Virus record (IMG/VR): IMGVR_UViG_3300035101_000063
Length of the DNA stretch: 64,000 nt
Direction: 5' to 3' (one strand)
Source of the DNA: a virus
The notes under the pieces are model-generated. The model ran no database searches and was not told the origin of the DNA. It worked only from the letters and a program-made list of their open reading frames with translations. The translations under genes were made by a program, and so were the position numbers. Position 1 is the stretch's first letter. Every line of letters starts with the position of its first letter. This document shows positions 25,662 to 36,655 of the stretch, one piece after another.

Positions 25662-26450
25662 TCATCTCACCATCGATGGGTCTATTCCATTAACTTCCCT
25701 CCCAGCACTCTTTCCTAATTCTTCATTATCATCAAATGAATATTTCGAAGGAGCATCTTTAAAGCCTTTAAACAAAATACCCTTTGCTGTTTGTACAATC
25801 TGTCTAAAAGTAACAGAAACTGTTGCTCTTCTTGGTGTTCCATCTCTAAATGCTAATGTATATGTTACATCACACCCAGTCATTATACAAAAAATAGCAT
25901 CTCCTCCAGATTCATTTAAACCAAAATTTGGAATATTTAAAATTACAATCGGTGGAGGATATGCCACCTTTACATTATCAATACTTTTATATGTTGGATA
26001 ACAAAATCCTCTCAAAAAATGAATCTGTTCTTTAATATCAACATTATATGGTCTATTGTCTCTTTCTTCTAATCTATTTGACCCAGGTTCTGAATATGAC
26101 AAAAATTGTTCTTTAGCCGTTCTAGTTTTGACTGGCATCATAAATCTAGATAGTTGAATATCAAAACTAATCGTTCTTCCATTATTTGATGACCATTGAG
26201 CAAGAGCGTGTGAAGCACCACCTATATCTTTCAAAGACCATCCTATATCAATACTATCCTGTATGGTTTCCGGCCAATACTGAAGTGCTCTTTCACTAAA
26301 ATCAAAATCATCTCCAGGATCAATACCAGCTTTGTATATTTTAGATGGGTCAGTAGGGTCAACTCCAGCAATTGTTAAAGATGCATATTGACCACCTTCT
26401 GGTCCATTCATAATTGCGTCAACAATACTTACTACTAATCCAATAGCCAT
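25662..26450 (-). CDS. hypothetical (likely virion) protein
   Basis: 262-aa ORF in the structural-gene run. Confidence 0.5.
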   Translation of the reverse strand: MAIGLVVSIVDAIMNGPEGGQYASLTIAGVDPTDPSKIYKAGIDPGDDFDFSERALQYWPETIQDSIDIGWSLKDIGGASHALAQWSSNNGRTISFDIQLSRFMMPVKTRTAKEQFLSYSEPGSNRLEERDNRPYNVDIKEQIHFLRGFCYPTYKSIDNVKVAYPPPIVILNIPNFGLNESGGDAIFCIMTGCDVTYTLAFRDGTPRRATVSVTFRQIVQTAKGILFKGFKDAPSKYSFDDNEELGKSAGREVNGIDPSMVR

Positions 26451-26452
26451 AA

Positions 26453-28912
26453 TTACTCCTTAGTAGTAATCTTAAAAATCCACATAACATCACCATATAA
26501 AGACGCAGAACCAGCAATAGCACGAACCGATGCATAATATGGAACTATTGGTGGACCAGGGTCTGATGGGTCATCAGGAAGAATTATTTCTTCATCTGTA
26601 ACAACATCAACCCATGTTTCATTATCACCAGCAGGAGTAACTGGATTCCAATTTAATAATTCCCAAACAGTACCGGTATCTTCACTATATACACGAAAAT
26701 CCAAATCTGTATTAGGTGTTCCAGAATCACTATCACCACGATATTTAACTGATAATAAAACTTTTGTATTATTTAAAAATTGCTCTCCAGTTAATGTATG
26801 AATAACTGTAGCACCATTTTCAACACCATAAAATTCTTCTTGAAATCGTCTTGTAATCTCCCATTCAATAATTCTAGTATGAATAGGCAAAAGATCACTC
26901 AATTTCATTTTTAATCTTGTAATTGCATACTCTATTTTTTCATATGTATCATAAAAATCATATGCTTCTTCTATAACGTCAATATAAGCACGCATACTAC
27001 TAGCTCTACAATAACAACAATCCATATCATCAAATAACGGAAAATATCTAACAGCAATATCATCAGATACTTGTATCGGAGAAGAAACACCAACTCCAAA
27101 TCTAATATCTACAGTCCAAACTCCAATATCTTCTTTTGGGTCTGATGATGGAGAAGATGTAAGAGTCCAAGTTGTATCTTCACGATCAATATAATAATAA
27201 ACATCATTTACATTAGGTGGAATACCATATTCTGGACCAACAGGATTATAATCATATACAGATAAAGCAAACAATTCCTTCGTCTGTATACCATTAGAAT
27301 CTAATATCATATTAAACGCTTCATACTGACATCTACGCATCTCTATTTCATATCTATACCCATTCTCCCATCTTCTTTCTTCAAGCTCTTCTTGGCTAAT
27401 CTGCGTAACAGACTGAACAGTTGCGGGTCCACGTAAGACTGCATTAACTTCTGATATTGGAGCATAATATCCCTGAGTCACATCTACAGCATATGCCTGA
27501 CCTATTGTCATGCCGTCCCATCTAGAAGAATCCAATGCAATAAGCATATTATCTATTATAGTAACCCATATCGGACTTCCACCAGAATCATAGTCATAAA
27601 ATAGTTCATCTACAGAAATATGGTCATACCGTATAAATGTTGGCATAACATCAGTATAAAAAGTTGTTCCTACTTCATAAACAGAATTGCTTGGAAGTTT
27701 AGACGCAAGTTCAGCACTACAAATTTTATACAAACCTTGCATATAAACATCAAAAAGACTTATTTCCCCTCTAATACGATACGAATCTTGTGTTGATTTA
27801 ATACCCCAAAATTTTGTTACATTAGCTATAGATGACCTCTGAACATCTTCTGGGTCATTCTCGTCATTATTAAATCCGTAATCATGCGCCAAATAATCAA
27901 TATTAGGTGGCGCATTAAATTTCATATAATATCCCCTAACTTGATATTTTGCTTTTATATCTAGTGCCGTCTGTGATGAAAATTCAGACAATATAGATAA
28001 ATCAAAATCTAATTTACCAGATAAATAATTAACATTTCCAACAACAGCACCACCTATTATTCCTCCACTTTCTGCATGTAATGTCCCTTCATTTTCACTT
28101 ATTGGCAAATCATAAAGTATTCTATATCCACCACCCTGTAATGGAATATAAATTCTTAACGTAGATGACTCAATCAAAGTTGATGGAGGAACAACATCAG
28201 ACCACCTATTCTCAAGCCTTATTGGAGTAACAGGAAATTCAACATATGGTCTCTGAGACCCATCAGTAATACCTATTTCTACAGTACCTTGAATTAGATC
28301 ATCTTCTATAGACTTATCCCATGACCTATTTGTTAAATAATCAAATAATAACGTTAAATCTCCACCCTTTACCCATATCTCATTTGCCAACGAAGTGTAT
28401 TGATTATATATTTCAACTTGGTCAAAATTTCTAGCCCTTACATTTACAACTTCATACTTCGCATCCATCCATTTAACTTGCCAAAATTTACCTACATCAG
28501 CTAATGGCTCATACGGATACCAAGGAAATTGTTCCGACATTACATCTTCATCAGTACTTGGCACTGATGACAAACTAGATCCTGGTAATCTATCTGGATT
28601 TTTCTCACCTATTAATCTAATTACATTTCCTTTATCTTTATCATAATAATTAAATGCTTCTGTTACATAAAACCATTTTACTATAGTATTTAACGTCCTA
28701 ACTTCATATGGGTCTCTTTGTTTAGGCAGAAGTTTAATATATTCAATTAAATTCTCACCTACATCCCCCCATGTATTAAGCAACATTTGCAAATAATTAT
28801 ACTGGTCTAAATTCCTCCATTGAGAAGGTACATTTAACCAAAATACTTTTCTTCCCCAATATCCCCTCCCAAAAAAACCAGTCCCACTTGGATAATTTAA
28901 AGTCGTTGTCAT
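26453..28912 (-). CDS. large hypothetical structural protein
   Basis: 819-aa ORF, tightly packed with neighbours. Confidence 0.55.
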   Translation of the reverse strand: MTTTLNYPSGTGFFGRGYWGRKVFWLNVPSQWRNLDQYNYLQMLLNTWGDVGENLIEYIKLLPKQRDPYEVRTLNTIVKWFYVTEAFNYYDKDKGNVIRLIGEKNPDRLPGSSLSSVPSTDEDVMSEQFPWYPYEPLADVGKFWQVKWMDAKYEVVNVRARNFDQVEIYNQYTSLANEIWVKGGDLTLLFDYLTNRSWDKSIEDDLIQGTVEIGITDGSQRPYVEFPVTPIRLENRWSDVVPPSTLIESSTLRIYIPLQGGGYRILYDLPISENEGTLHAESGGIIGGAVVGNVNYLSGKLDFDLSILSEFSSQTALDIKAKYQVRGYYMKFNAPPNIDYLAHDYGFNNDENDPEDVQRSSIANVTKFWGIKSTQDSYRIRGEISLFDVYMQGLYKICSAELASKLPSNSVYEVGTTFYTDVMPTFIRYDHISVDELFYDYDSGGSPIWVTIIDNMLIALDSSRWDGMTIGQAYAVDVTQGYYAPISEVNAVLRGPATVQSVTQISQEELEERRWENGYRYEIEMRRCQYEAFNMILDSNGIQTKELFALSVYDYNPVGPEYGIPPNVNDVYYYIDREDTTWTLTSSPSSDPKEDIGVWTVDIRFGVGVSSPIQVSDDIAVRYFPLFDDMDCCYCRASSMRAYIDVIEEAYDFYDTYEKIEYAITRLKMKLSDLLPIHTRIIEWEITRRFQEEFYGVENGATVIHTLTGEQFLNNTKVLLSVKYRGDSDSGTPNTDLDFRVYSEDTGTVWELLNWNPVTPAGDNETWVDVVTDEEIILPDDPSDPGPPIVPYYASVRAIAGSASLYGDVMWIFKITTKE

Positions 28913-28918
28913 ATTTTA

Positions 28919-31183
28919 TCATCCAAACAATTTTATTGTATAAACAGCTGTTACTTCACTTCCTAAATCAAAATTTGGTACATAATACGCTTTTTTCGTT
29001 CCTACAGATGTTGGAACATTATCAACACCACTATTAGTTTCTACGATACATGATGTATTATTTGTTGCACCACCCAACTCATAAACTTCTTTAACCAACC
29101 ATGATTTATTAACTCCATCACCTCTCAAACAAATATGAGAACCAGGATTTATTCCTAAATTCCATCCAATTAAATTTATTCTATCACTAACAAGAGTATA
29201 AATAGCTGCACCTTCTAAAGAATCAACTAAATATATAAGACCTCCAGCGGTAAATCCCCAACTAGTCGGAGCACTTACTACTATATCCGCATTAAGACCA
29301 CTTTTCTTTACTACTGAAAAATTGCCAGTTGAAGGTACAATTAATCTTTCACCTCTATAAAAAAGTTTTTTTCCTCTCTCAACACCGTCCCATCCTACAA
29401 ATTTTCCCATTGCCTTTATCAAATCATTTGATAAAACAACCCTAAAATCTACATCCCATTCTTCTTTTATTGAACCAACTAACTTAATCGGTGAAAAACT
29501 CGTATCATCTGAAAATGACCATGATACAGAAAAATCCGTTGAACTCCAACCAGTTGTCCAATTTGCATCATTACGATTTTTATTAAAAAAAACAAATCCA
29601 GACCTAGTAAAAGAATATAATACACTATTAAATTCTTGTGTACCTACTCTTTTCCATAAATTAACGGAGTCATCCCAATAACAACCACATGCAATTTCAA
29701 AAGATGCACCATCATCAGGATTTGTATAATAAACACGAACATGTTCTGCCAAACGAAGAATTTCTAAACGAAAATCTCTTCCTCCTTCATTAGGCAATGC
29801 TGCCATTTTTGCAGTTCCATACTCAAAAAAATTAAATAAACGTTGAACACCACTTGTTCCAAATGTAAAAAGGCCTGCTCCATATCTATCCCAAGAATCC
29901 CAATCTCCATCATAGCGTATATCTACAGAAGTAGGAGCACTTATAAATGACCTCACCATTTTATAAATTTTGTCATCATCTATAAATACTACAGAACAAT
30001 AACCAATTTCATTTATATGAAAATCATTGGTACCACTCATATACCCACCCTTGCATACAAGAATACCTTCACTAGAAAAATAAACCGATACAGTTTTTTC
30101 ATCTACATTAGAATCAAATATAACATTGTTTGACCTCCATAATAAAGTCCATGAAGATGAAACAGAATCTGGATGAATATCCTTAATCCTCTGTTGTATA
30201 TGATACAATAAACTACTAATCTGACTAGTTAATGAACCATTAGATAATTGTGCATCAGTATATGTTGTATTTTCTTTACAATAAACATTGTTTGCATGAG
30301 GATTTACATCTGTAGCAACAGCATCATCAGTATCAAGATTTTCAAACTCTACAAATTCCCAATAAACAACAGCAAACGTTCCAGTCCAATTAGATTCAGA
30401 AACATCAAGAAATGACATAGAAATCCATGGATCAGTATAACAACCATCTTCATCCAAATCTGATACAGTTATTGCACTACCACCAATTTCTTGTGTGTAC
30501 CATGACCCAGCAGATATCGCACCACCATTACTTCCAATCATCCCTGTATCATTACTTATTCCGACTACAAGTCTAACTTTCCCAGCCCAATTATACGTTT
30601 TATCAACAAATGATATCCTACCTGTAAGTTGAAATCTTGTTGCACTACTAGTAGTTTTTTCAATTTTTCTTCTTACAAGTATCCCTTTCTTACCTAAAAC
30701 CTTATCCCTATAACTACCATCAGTCCTAATTCTTGATTGCAATATAGAAATATCACCAGATTGCATCAATATATGAGCAAGAATAACTGCATCATCAGGA
30801 ACATTAGATGGAATATCAACCTCAAAAGCTCCAGTCGTATCCTGAAAATCCTGATAATTAACAACCATATAAACAACCCATTCAACATCTGAAGGAATAG
30901 GCCATGTTTGAGAACTCATATCTAATATGACTCTTGATTCCAATCTAACAACTGTGGCCATTCCATTTGTAATATTCTGATGAAGAATCAATGAATCATT
31001 TTCTGGTCCGAGCTCAATTCTAAAAGAAGTATCTGCTCCACCTTCAGATTCTAATACTTCTGCACCTCTATAAACACCAGGACTATTCACTCCTGTCTGA
31101 ATATTTGCTGCATCACTAGCATATCTTTCAGCAAAACGAAACTTTATCCTAGACTTATTTATACTACTAGAAACTAGAGACAT
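28919..31183 (-). CDS. large hypothetical structural protein
   Basis: 754-aa ORF. Confidence 0.55.
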   Translation of the reverse strand: MSLVSSSINKSRIKFRFAERYASDAANIQTGVNSPGVYRGAEVLESEGGADTSFRIELGPENDSLILHQNITNGMATVVRLESRVILDMSSQTWPIPSDVEWVVYMVVNYQDFQDTTGAFEVDIPSNVPDDAVILAHILMQSGDISILQSRIRTDGSYRDKVLGKKGILVRRKIEKTTSSATRFQLTGRISFVDKTYNWAGKVRLVVGISNDTGMIGSNGGAISAGSWYTQEIGGSAITVSDLDEDGCYTDPWISMSFLDVSESNWTGTFAVVYWEFVEFENLDTDDAVATDVNPHANNVYCKENTTYTDAQLSNGSLTSQISSLLYHIQQRIKDIHPDSVSSSWTLLWRSNNVIFDSNVDEKTVSVYFSSEGILVCKGGYMSGTNDFHINEIGYCSVVFIDDDKIYKMVRSFISAPTSVDIRYDGDWDSWDRYGAGLFTFGTSGVQRLFNFFEYGTAKMAALPNEGGRDFRLEILRLAEHVRVYYTNPDDGASFEIACGCYWDDSVNLWKRVGTQEFNSVLYSFTRSGFVFFNKNRNDANWTTGWSSTDFSVSWSFSDDTSFSPIKLVGSIKEEWDVDFRVVLSNDLIKAMGKFVGWDGVERGKKLFYRGERLIVPSTGNFSVVKKSGLNADIVVSAPTSWGFTAGGLIYLVDSLEGAAIYTLVSDRINLIGWNLGINPGSHICLRGDGVNKSWLVKEVYELGGATNNTSCIVETNSGVDNVPTSVGTKKAYYVPNFDLGSEVTAVYTIKLFG

Positions 31184-31201
31184 TTTTTACTTTACTCCCT
31201 A

Positions 31202-31768
31202 TTATTTCTTTCTTGCTCTTTTTTTCTGATTCCTAATATTTTTAAGTTTTGCATCTTCAGCTTCTTCAGCTTCTTCATCAGACATAGGTTCATTTACAAG
31301 ATTAAAATCCATTAATACAACAAGATCATTCCCATCAATTAAATCTCCACACCATTCATAATCAATTGGTTCAATATTAACTTCAACATCCTTATCAAGT
31401 AAAAGTTCTATATCTTTTTTTCTTTCTCTTTCCTTCTCTAAAAGATCTTTATTCTCTTCTTTTAAAATAGCAATTTCTTCATTAACTGGTCCCCAATTTT
31501 CAATCCTGTAACCCATTCCACCTTGACTAGAAACTGGCGTACCATGTTTTTCAAATATCTTATCTTGTTTCTCATAATAAGATTTCATCTCATCAGTTAC
31601 TTCACGCGCTATATCAATAGGTCCAATAATCTCCTTTAATACTTTTACACGTTTAGCATTTTCCCACCTTGGAATAACTTCAACTGTCTTAGCAAGCTTT
31701 TTAAAAATCTTCAACAACGCATCAACATCTCGATATTTCATACCTTTATAACCCTCTTCTTTCTTCAT
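31202..31768 (-). CDS. hypothetical Lys/Glu-rich protein
   Basis: 188-aa ORF. Confidence 0.5.
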   Translation of the reverse strand: MKKEEGYKGMKYRDVDALLKIFKKLAKTVEVIPRWENAKRVKVLKEIIGPIDIAREVTDEMKSYYEKQDKIFEKHGTPVSSQGGMGYRIENWGPVNEEIAILKEENKDLLEKERERKKDIELLLDKDVEVNIEPIDYEWCGDLIDGNDLVVLMDFNLVNEPMSDEEAEEAEDAKLKNIRNQKKRARKK

Positions 31769-31771
31769 CTA

Positions 31772-32653
31772 TCAATAAAATCTTTTCCCATGTCCTTCAT
31801 AATTACCAAGTAATGATTGCTTAGACAAAATAGAATGTCTTATTAAACCATCTTTTTTATCAGCAAAAGCTTTTATCTTTTCTTCACTTTCTATTTCCTT
31901 TGGAAAAATTGGTTTTATAGTCCTATAGTTATCTTTATTTGGAATTGAAAATGAAACACATTCCTTTTTCTTCCTTATAATATTTCCTTTATCATCTTTG
32001 TTCTCTTTAAATAATATACGCTTTTTAAAAACTATTTTTCTATCTCTTATTTTAATCTCTCTTATATTATTTAACATACTATCAAAACAACAAACAGGAA
32101 ATTGATAATCAGAAAGCCACATCATTGGTATTGTTGATTTTAAAAATAATTCAGCACCTCTTCTTGATATACAATATCCCATCAATGTCCTAGTTTTTCT
32201 AACTTGACCATCATCAAAAACGTATATCCGTCTATCTGGTCTTGTCCCACATAAATAAAACATATCAGCATCACTAGGAATAACTACTTTTTTTTCTATC
32301 AATTCTCCATCTTTAAAATAAGCTTTTGACTTTTCAACATCATCCTCCATAATAATTGCCCATTCATCATCAGTATTCAAAAACTCCTGAATAGCCTTTC
32401 TATGACTTAAATTACACGCAACATGAGTTGGTGGAAGAATACTATTTTCAAATAATATACCTTCATTAACAAATTTATCACGATACTCTAAATTCCATAC
32501 AGGAAACCCTCTAGTATCAAACGTATCTTCAATAGCCCATTCCATGCCATCTATAGCGGATATCCTTATTAATTTTTCATGCTCAAAAGATTTCTCCATT
32601 TTTTCTCTTCTATCTTCTGAACGGTCCAAATTTATATAATATATATTCATCAA
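31772..32653 (-). CDS. glycosyltransferase family 25 (LPS-biosynthesis type)
   Basis: 293 aa; N-terminal IYYINLDRSEDRREKM is the GT25 signature. Confidence 0.6.
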   Translation of the reverse strand: MMNIYYINLDRSEDRREKMEKSFEHEKLIRISAIDGMEWAIEDTFDTRGFPVWNLEYRDKFVNEGILFENSILPPTHVACNLSHRKAIQEFLNTDDEWAIIMEDDVEKSKAYFKDGELIEKKVVIPSDADMFYLCGTRPDRRIYVFDDGQVRKTRTLMGYCISRRGAELFLKSTIPMMWLSDYQFPVCCFDSMLNNIREIKIRDRKIVFKKRILFKENKDDKGNIIRKKKECVSFSIPNKDNYRTIKPIFPKEIESEEKIKAFADKKDGLIRHSILSKQSLLGNYEGHGKRFY

Positions 32654-32671
32654 ATACCTCTCATATTATTA

Positions 32672-35600
32672 CTACCCACCATATATTTCATCATAAGTAG
32701 TTTTAAGCTTAACTCCTCCCCATATATGAGCAAACCAATCAACTTCAAGAAGTTCACTACCTGTACCTTGAACTTCAAGTTCTAATGTATGATCCGTATC
32801 ATTTTTTTGCCAACTTGCATTCCCAACTCCACCACTTAAAGCAATATGATATCTCTCTGTTTCATGAAATTGTATACCATTCACAGAATTCCTCCACACC
32901 TCAACATCCCAAACCCAAATCTCAATTGCATCAACAGTAGCCCCATGTGCTGTACCAACTAAACGACATTCAAAACAATATAGATATTCTTCTTCTATCA
33001 CTAAAGGAGAAGTAGTTCCAGAACCAGTAGTAGTAAGAACCGTTGGTGTAGTATCAGTAGTTCTATACATCATTGGAATAGCTTTAAATGCTTGAGAACT
33101 ACCTAATGTAGAACCATCGAGTCTTCCAGCTGTAAAAAATTCACCATAATCAAAATCAGCCTTTGACCTTTGCCCTCTAACAACTACACCAGGATGCGTA
33201 TCACTATAACATCCATATCCAAGCATTAAACTATAACTACTGTTTTGACAAACATGCGCAGAACCAACAGCAATTGTATTACTACAGTTTTGAAAAGTAG
33301 AACTAGTACAAATAGCAATAGATTTTGTAATATTAGTTGGATTCGTACTAGTCAACAATAATAATGAATCTTGAACTGATGATATAGTATTAGAATTTCC
33401 TCTATAAATCAATCCTGAAGAAGTAGTGAAACTATTAGAATCACCAACAATTATAGAATCAGACAAATATGACCCATCAAAATCATTTCCACCACCAACA
33501 ACAAGATTACCACCCATATAAGAATCATCTAAAGTATTAACATCTTGAAATACAAATAAATTATTAGCTCTTATAACAAGTGATTCATGATCACCATCAT
33601 CACCTATATGCATGTGTACTGTTGAATATCCACTCGCTGTTAATAATTCACCACCCCTATAAATTACAACCGCTCTTTCAATACCAGTATCTCCAGCAAG
33701 AGATTGCCATAATTCTAGTTTTGCTCCTTCTGATGACCCAGACCATGGACTTGTAGCAACAGTCCTAAGTTCAAGAGCACTTGCAAACGATGTTCCATTT
33801 GATGCTTGAAAAACTATCTCACCTAATGCCGACCCATAAGAAACAGCACCATGATTCCCAATAGTATCAGTCTGAGATTTTCTTATCCTAACCATCGGTC
33901 GCTCACCTGTATAATCACTAAAAAACGACAAAGCTAATATATTATCATATGTATTATCTCCATTGCCAAATATCTCAAGAGCAGCCGTTGCTGCAGCAGA
34001 AGATGAATCCGTAATCGAAAGATATCCATTAGAATCAAGACGCATAGCCAATGCTGGAGTAGTAGTAGTTTTTTCTGTTATATAAAAACTTAAATCAGAC
34101 CCAGAATTTGTTCCAGAAAAAGTACTAGCAGCAGAAACTATAATACGAGCACCTTCAGCCCATGCACTTCCTGTAGATCCATAAAAATTAATCTCACCAA
34201 GATAACCATCTGCAGGAACAGCAGTATGAGAACCTACAGAAACATTATAACTTCTTATAAATGATAACGCTGATGAATCTGCTAATGTAGTTGTCCACTT
34301 TCCTGATGTTATTCCATCTTGAATTTCAGCCTTACTATCTAAAGATGTAGCTTGTCTAGTACCATTATGACCTACTATAAGAACACTATTTACAGTATCC
34401 CACATAAATATAGAAGAGGAATCAACACCAGCTCCTGTACCATATACAATCTGTCCAGCAGGCTCAGATACACTACCACCACCTGAAGTATATGCCACAT
34501 TTAATGCAGCCAATAATGATACTTCACCAAAATTTGAATTGTACGTTGTCCATTCTGATGGACTAATAGAAAAAGGAATTGCATCTTCAGACCATACACC
34601 ATGAATAGCAGATGAAGATACATCAGTAAAAGCAACTATATCTGTTGATATCGATCCAACATACACTATTCCACTAACATTTCCCTCTGCAGCAATATGA
34701 ACAAAAGCATTTGATGTTGCACTTGTAGCTAATATATCTACTTCTCCATCTCCAGTTACATTACCATCAGCATACAAATTTACTTCTGCCAATCCACTAC
34801 CTGTAGAAGTTGCTACAATATCAATTTTGGGAGTACCACCATTAGCATAAATCTCAATATCTGCTTTATCTGTAGTTTCATAATTATAACTATTTATAGT
34901 AAATCTAGACCCACCTGTTCCAGTGTCACCAATAACATTAAATTCAATCGCAGCTTCACTTGTTCCAGCATACTTCTTATGACTAAATTCTAATACAGAT
35001 AACGTATCATCTGGTTCAAAGGTACTAAACACTACTGTATCAGTAGAATGATAAACCTCTAGTTTATCTACATCTGCAAATTTAAAAAATACAGAATCAC
35101 TTACAGATAATATAACATCCTCAGTACTTGGAGCACCAATTACTACAGATGCATAACCTGCAACAGCATAACTTCTAACAACTACAGTTGCATCATCATA
35201 TGCATCTGCACCATTATTTAATGCTTTTATATCAAGTTCAGCATCAATATTTCCACCACCACCAGATTGTGAAATTATCTCCATACTTGATAACGAATCT
35301 GTTGATATAGCAAACAAATCTGTATATGCATAACCAGTACTTGGGTCTGTACCAAATTCTGCATTTGATTGAACAGTTCCTTCTGCTTTAATCGAAACAT
35401 CCGATACTGACCCACCATCAGATAATATCACTATCGATGTTGTATGTGCAGCCAAATCTTGAGCTCTAATTAAACAATTTACATCATTATATCCCTCTGC
35501 TAAAATTTGTACTTCAGCAGTACCAGATGTAGCACCTACTCCAGTTGATGCTTTTAATACAGACAAAGCATCCAATCCTGAAGCAATACTTTCAATTTCA

Positions 35601-36655
35601 ACAGTAGAAGTCTGAAGATGAGATGTATCATCATTAGTCATTGATTTTAAAATCAACTGAGAACCATCTGTATTTACTCCTCCTTCTACTTCAATATTAA
35701 AAACAACTAAATCTGATGCTGTACCTGGTACCATTCTTTTTCTTATTGTTGCATTATCATTTGTAGCTTCATCAACAAAAGAAATAACTTGTTCTGAAGT
35801 AGTATTATCATAATAAACTGACGCAACATCATTACCCTCTGAAACAAAATATATACTATCTTCATTACTACTAGATGGAGATTCTGTTACATCCCATCTA
35901 AACCCTGTATCAACATACGTTTTCGATGCAATACCTGGAACTGAAACACTACCATCTCCTATTCTCATAGCATCAGTATCTGTAGTTGGATACACATATG
36001 CTGGAACTGCATTTCTACTCCAATACCCACTAGTTGCAACTATTTCTAATTCTTCATCACCACCTGGATTTAAAACATTAATCGTAATATTTGAACCAGA
36101 AGTTATTTTACTACTTAGAAAATCAGCTGTAGTATCAGCATTGGTAACTTTTACTTTATTTGTATCAGCACCTGTAGATGCCAAAAAAGAAAAAATCTGT
36201 CTAGCATCTTCACCATCAGCAAATACTGAACCATTAAACCAATTTATTGAATAATCCGCTGTAACATATCCAAAAATATGAACGTCTGAATCTATTGGTG
36301 CTGTATTAAATAATTCGAACTCAACCGTGGTTTCTTCCACAGTTCCAGCAGTAAACGTTAATCCTATCAAATTATATGGAATCAGTACTAAATCACTTGA
36401 TGAATCAACCGTAACTTTCATATTATAAGTTCTTGAAATAAGAATCAAATCAGAAAGCATCTCAAGTTTATAAGTACCTGAATCATCATAAACTCTAGCA
36501 TTTGGAAGCTGATAAAATATACACTTAGATCCTTCCATATTTGAAAATACAGTAGAATCAATATCATTTGAAAGATCTTCAAATCTTTGCTGCCATGATT
36601 GCCAATCAGCATTCCATTGTGGAATAGGCCAATTATATCTTGGACTTTCTGACAT
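32672..36655 (-). CDS. very large tail-fibre / baseplate-associated protein
   Basis: 1327 aa, Ser/Thr/Gly-rich beta-rich repeats; directly downstream of the baseplate J-like gene. Confidence 0.6.
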   Translation of the reverse strand: MSESPRYNWPIPQWNADWQSWQQRFEDLSNDIDSTVFSNMEGSKCIFYQLPNARVYDDSGTYKLEMLSDLILISRTYNMKVTVDSSSDLVLIPYNLIGLTFTAGTVEETTVEFELFNTAPIDSDVHIFGYVTADYSINWFNGSVFADGEDARQIFSFLASTGADTNKVKVTNADTTADFLSSKITSGSNITINVLNPGGDEELEIVATSGYWSRNAVPAYVYPTTDTDAMRIGDGSVSVPGIASKTYVDTGFRWDVTESPSSSNEDSIYFVSEGNDVASVYYDNTTSEQVISFVDEATNDNATIRKRMVPGTASDLVVFNIEVEGGVNTDGSQLILKSMTNDDTSHLQTSTVEIESIASGLDALSVLKASTGVGATSGTAEVQILAEGYNDVNCLIRAQDLAAHTTSIVILSDGGSVSDVSIKAEGTVQSNAEFGTDPSTGYAYTDLFAISTDSLSSMEIISQSGGGGNIDAELDIKALNNGADAYDDATVVVRSYAVAGYASVVIGAPSTEDVILSVSDSVFFKFADVDKLEVYHSTDTVVFSTFEPDDTLSVLEFSHKKYAGTSEAAIEFNVIGDTGTGGSRFTINSYNYETTDKADIEIYANGGTPKIDIVATSTGSGLAEVNLYADGNVTGDGEVDILATSATSNAFVHIAAEGNVSGIVYVGSISTDIVAFTDVSSSAIHGVWSEDAIPFSISPSEWTTYNSNFGEVSLLAALNVAYTSGGGSVSEPAGQIVYGTGAGVDSSSIFMWDTVNSVLIVGHNGTRQATSLDSKAEIQDGITSGKWTTTLADSSALSFIRSYNVSVGSHTAVPADGYLGEINFYGSTGSAWAEGARIIVSAASTFSGTNSGSDLSFYITEKTTTTPALAMRLDSNGYLSITDSSSAAATAALEIFGNGDNTYDNILALSFFSDYTGERPMVRIRKSQTDTIGNHGAVSYGSALGEIVFQASNGTSFASALELRTVATSPWSGSSEGAKLELWQSLAGDTGIERAVVIYRGGELLTASGYSTVHMHIGDDGDHESLVIRANNLFVFQDVNTLDDSYMGGNLVVGGGNDFDGSYLSDSIIVGDSNSFTTSSGLIYRGNSNTISSVQDSLLLLTSTNPTNITKSIAICTSSTFQNCSNTIAVGSAHVCQNSSYSLMLGYGCYSDTHPGVVVRGQRSKADFDYGEFFTAGRLDGSTLGSSQAFKAIPMMYRTTDTTPTVLTTTGSGTTSPLVIEEEYLYCFECRLVGTAHGATVDAIEIWVWDVEVWRNSVNGIQFHETERYHIALSGGVGNASWQKNDTDHTLELEVQGTGSELLEVDWFAHIWGGVKLKTTYDEIYGG

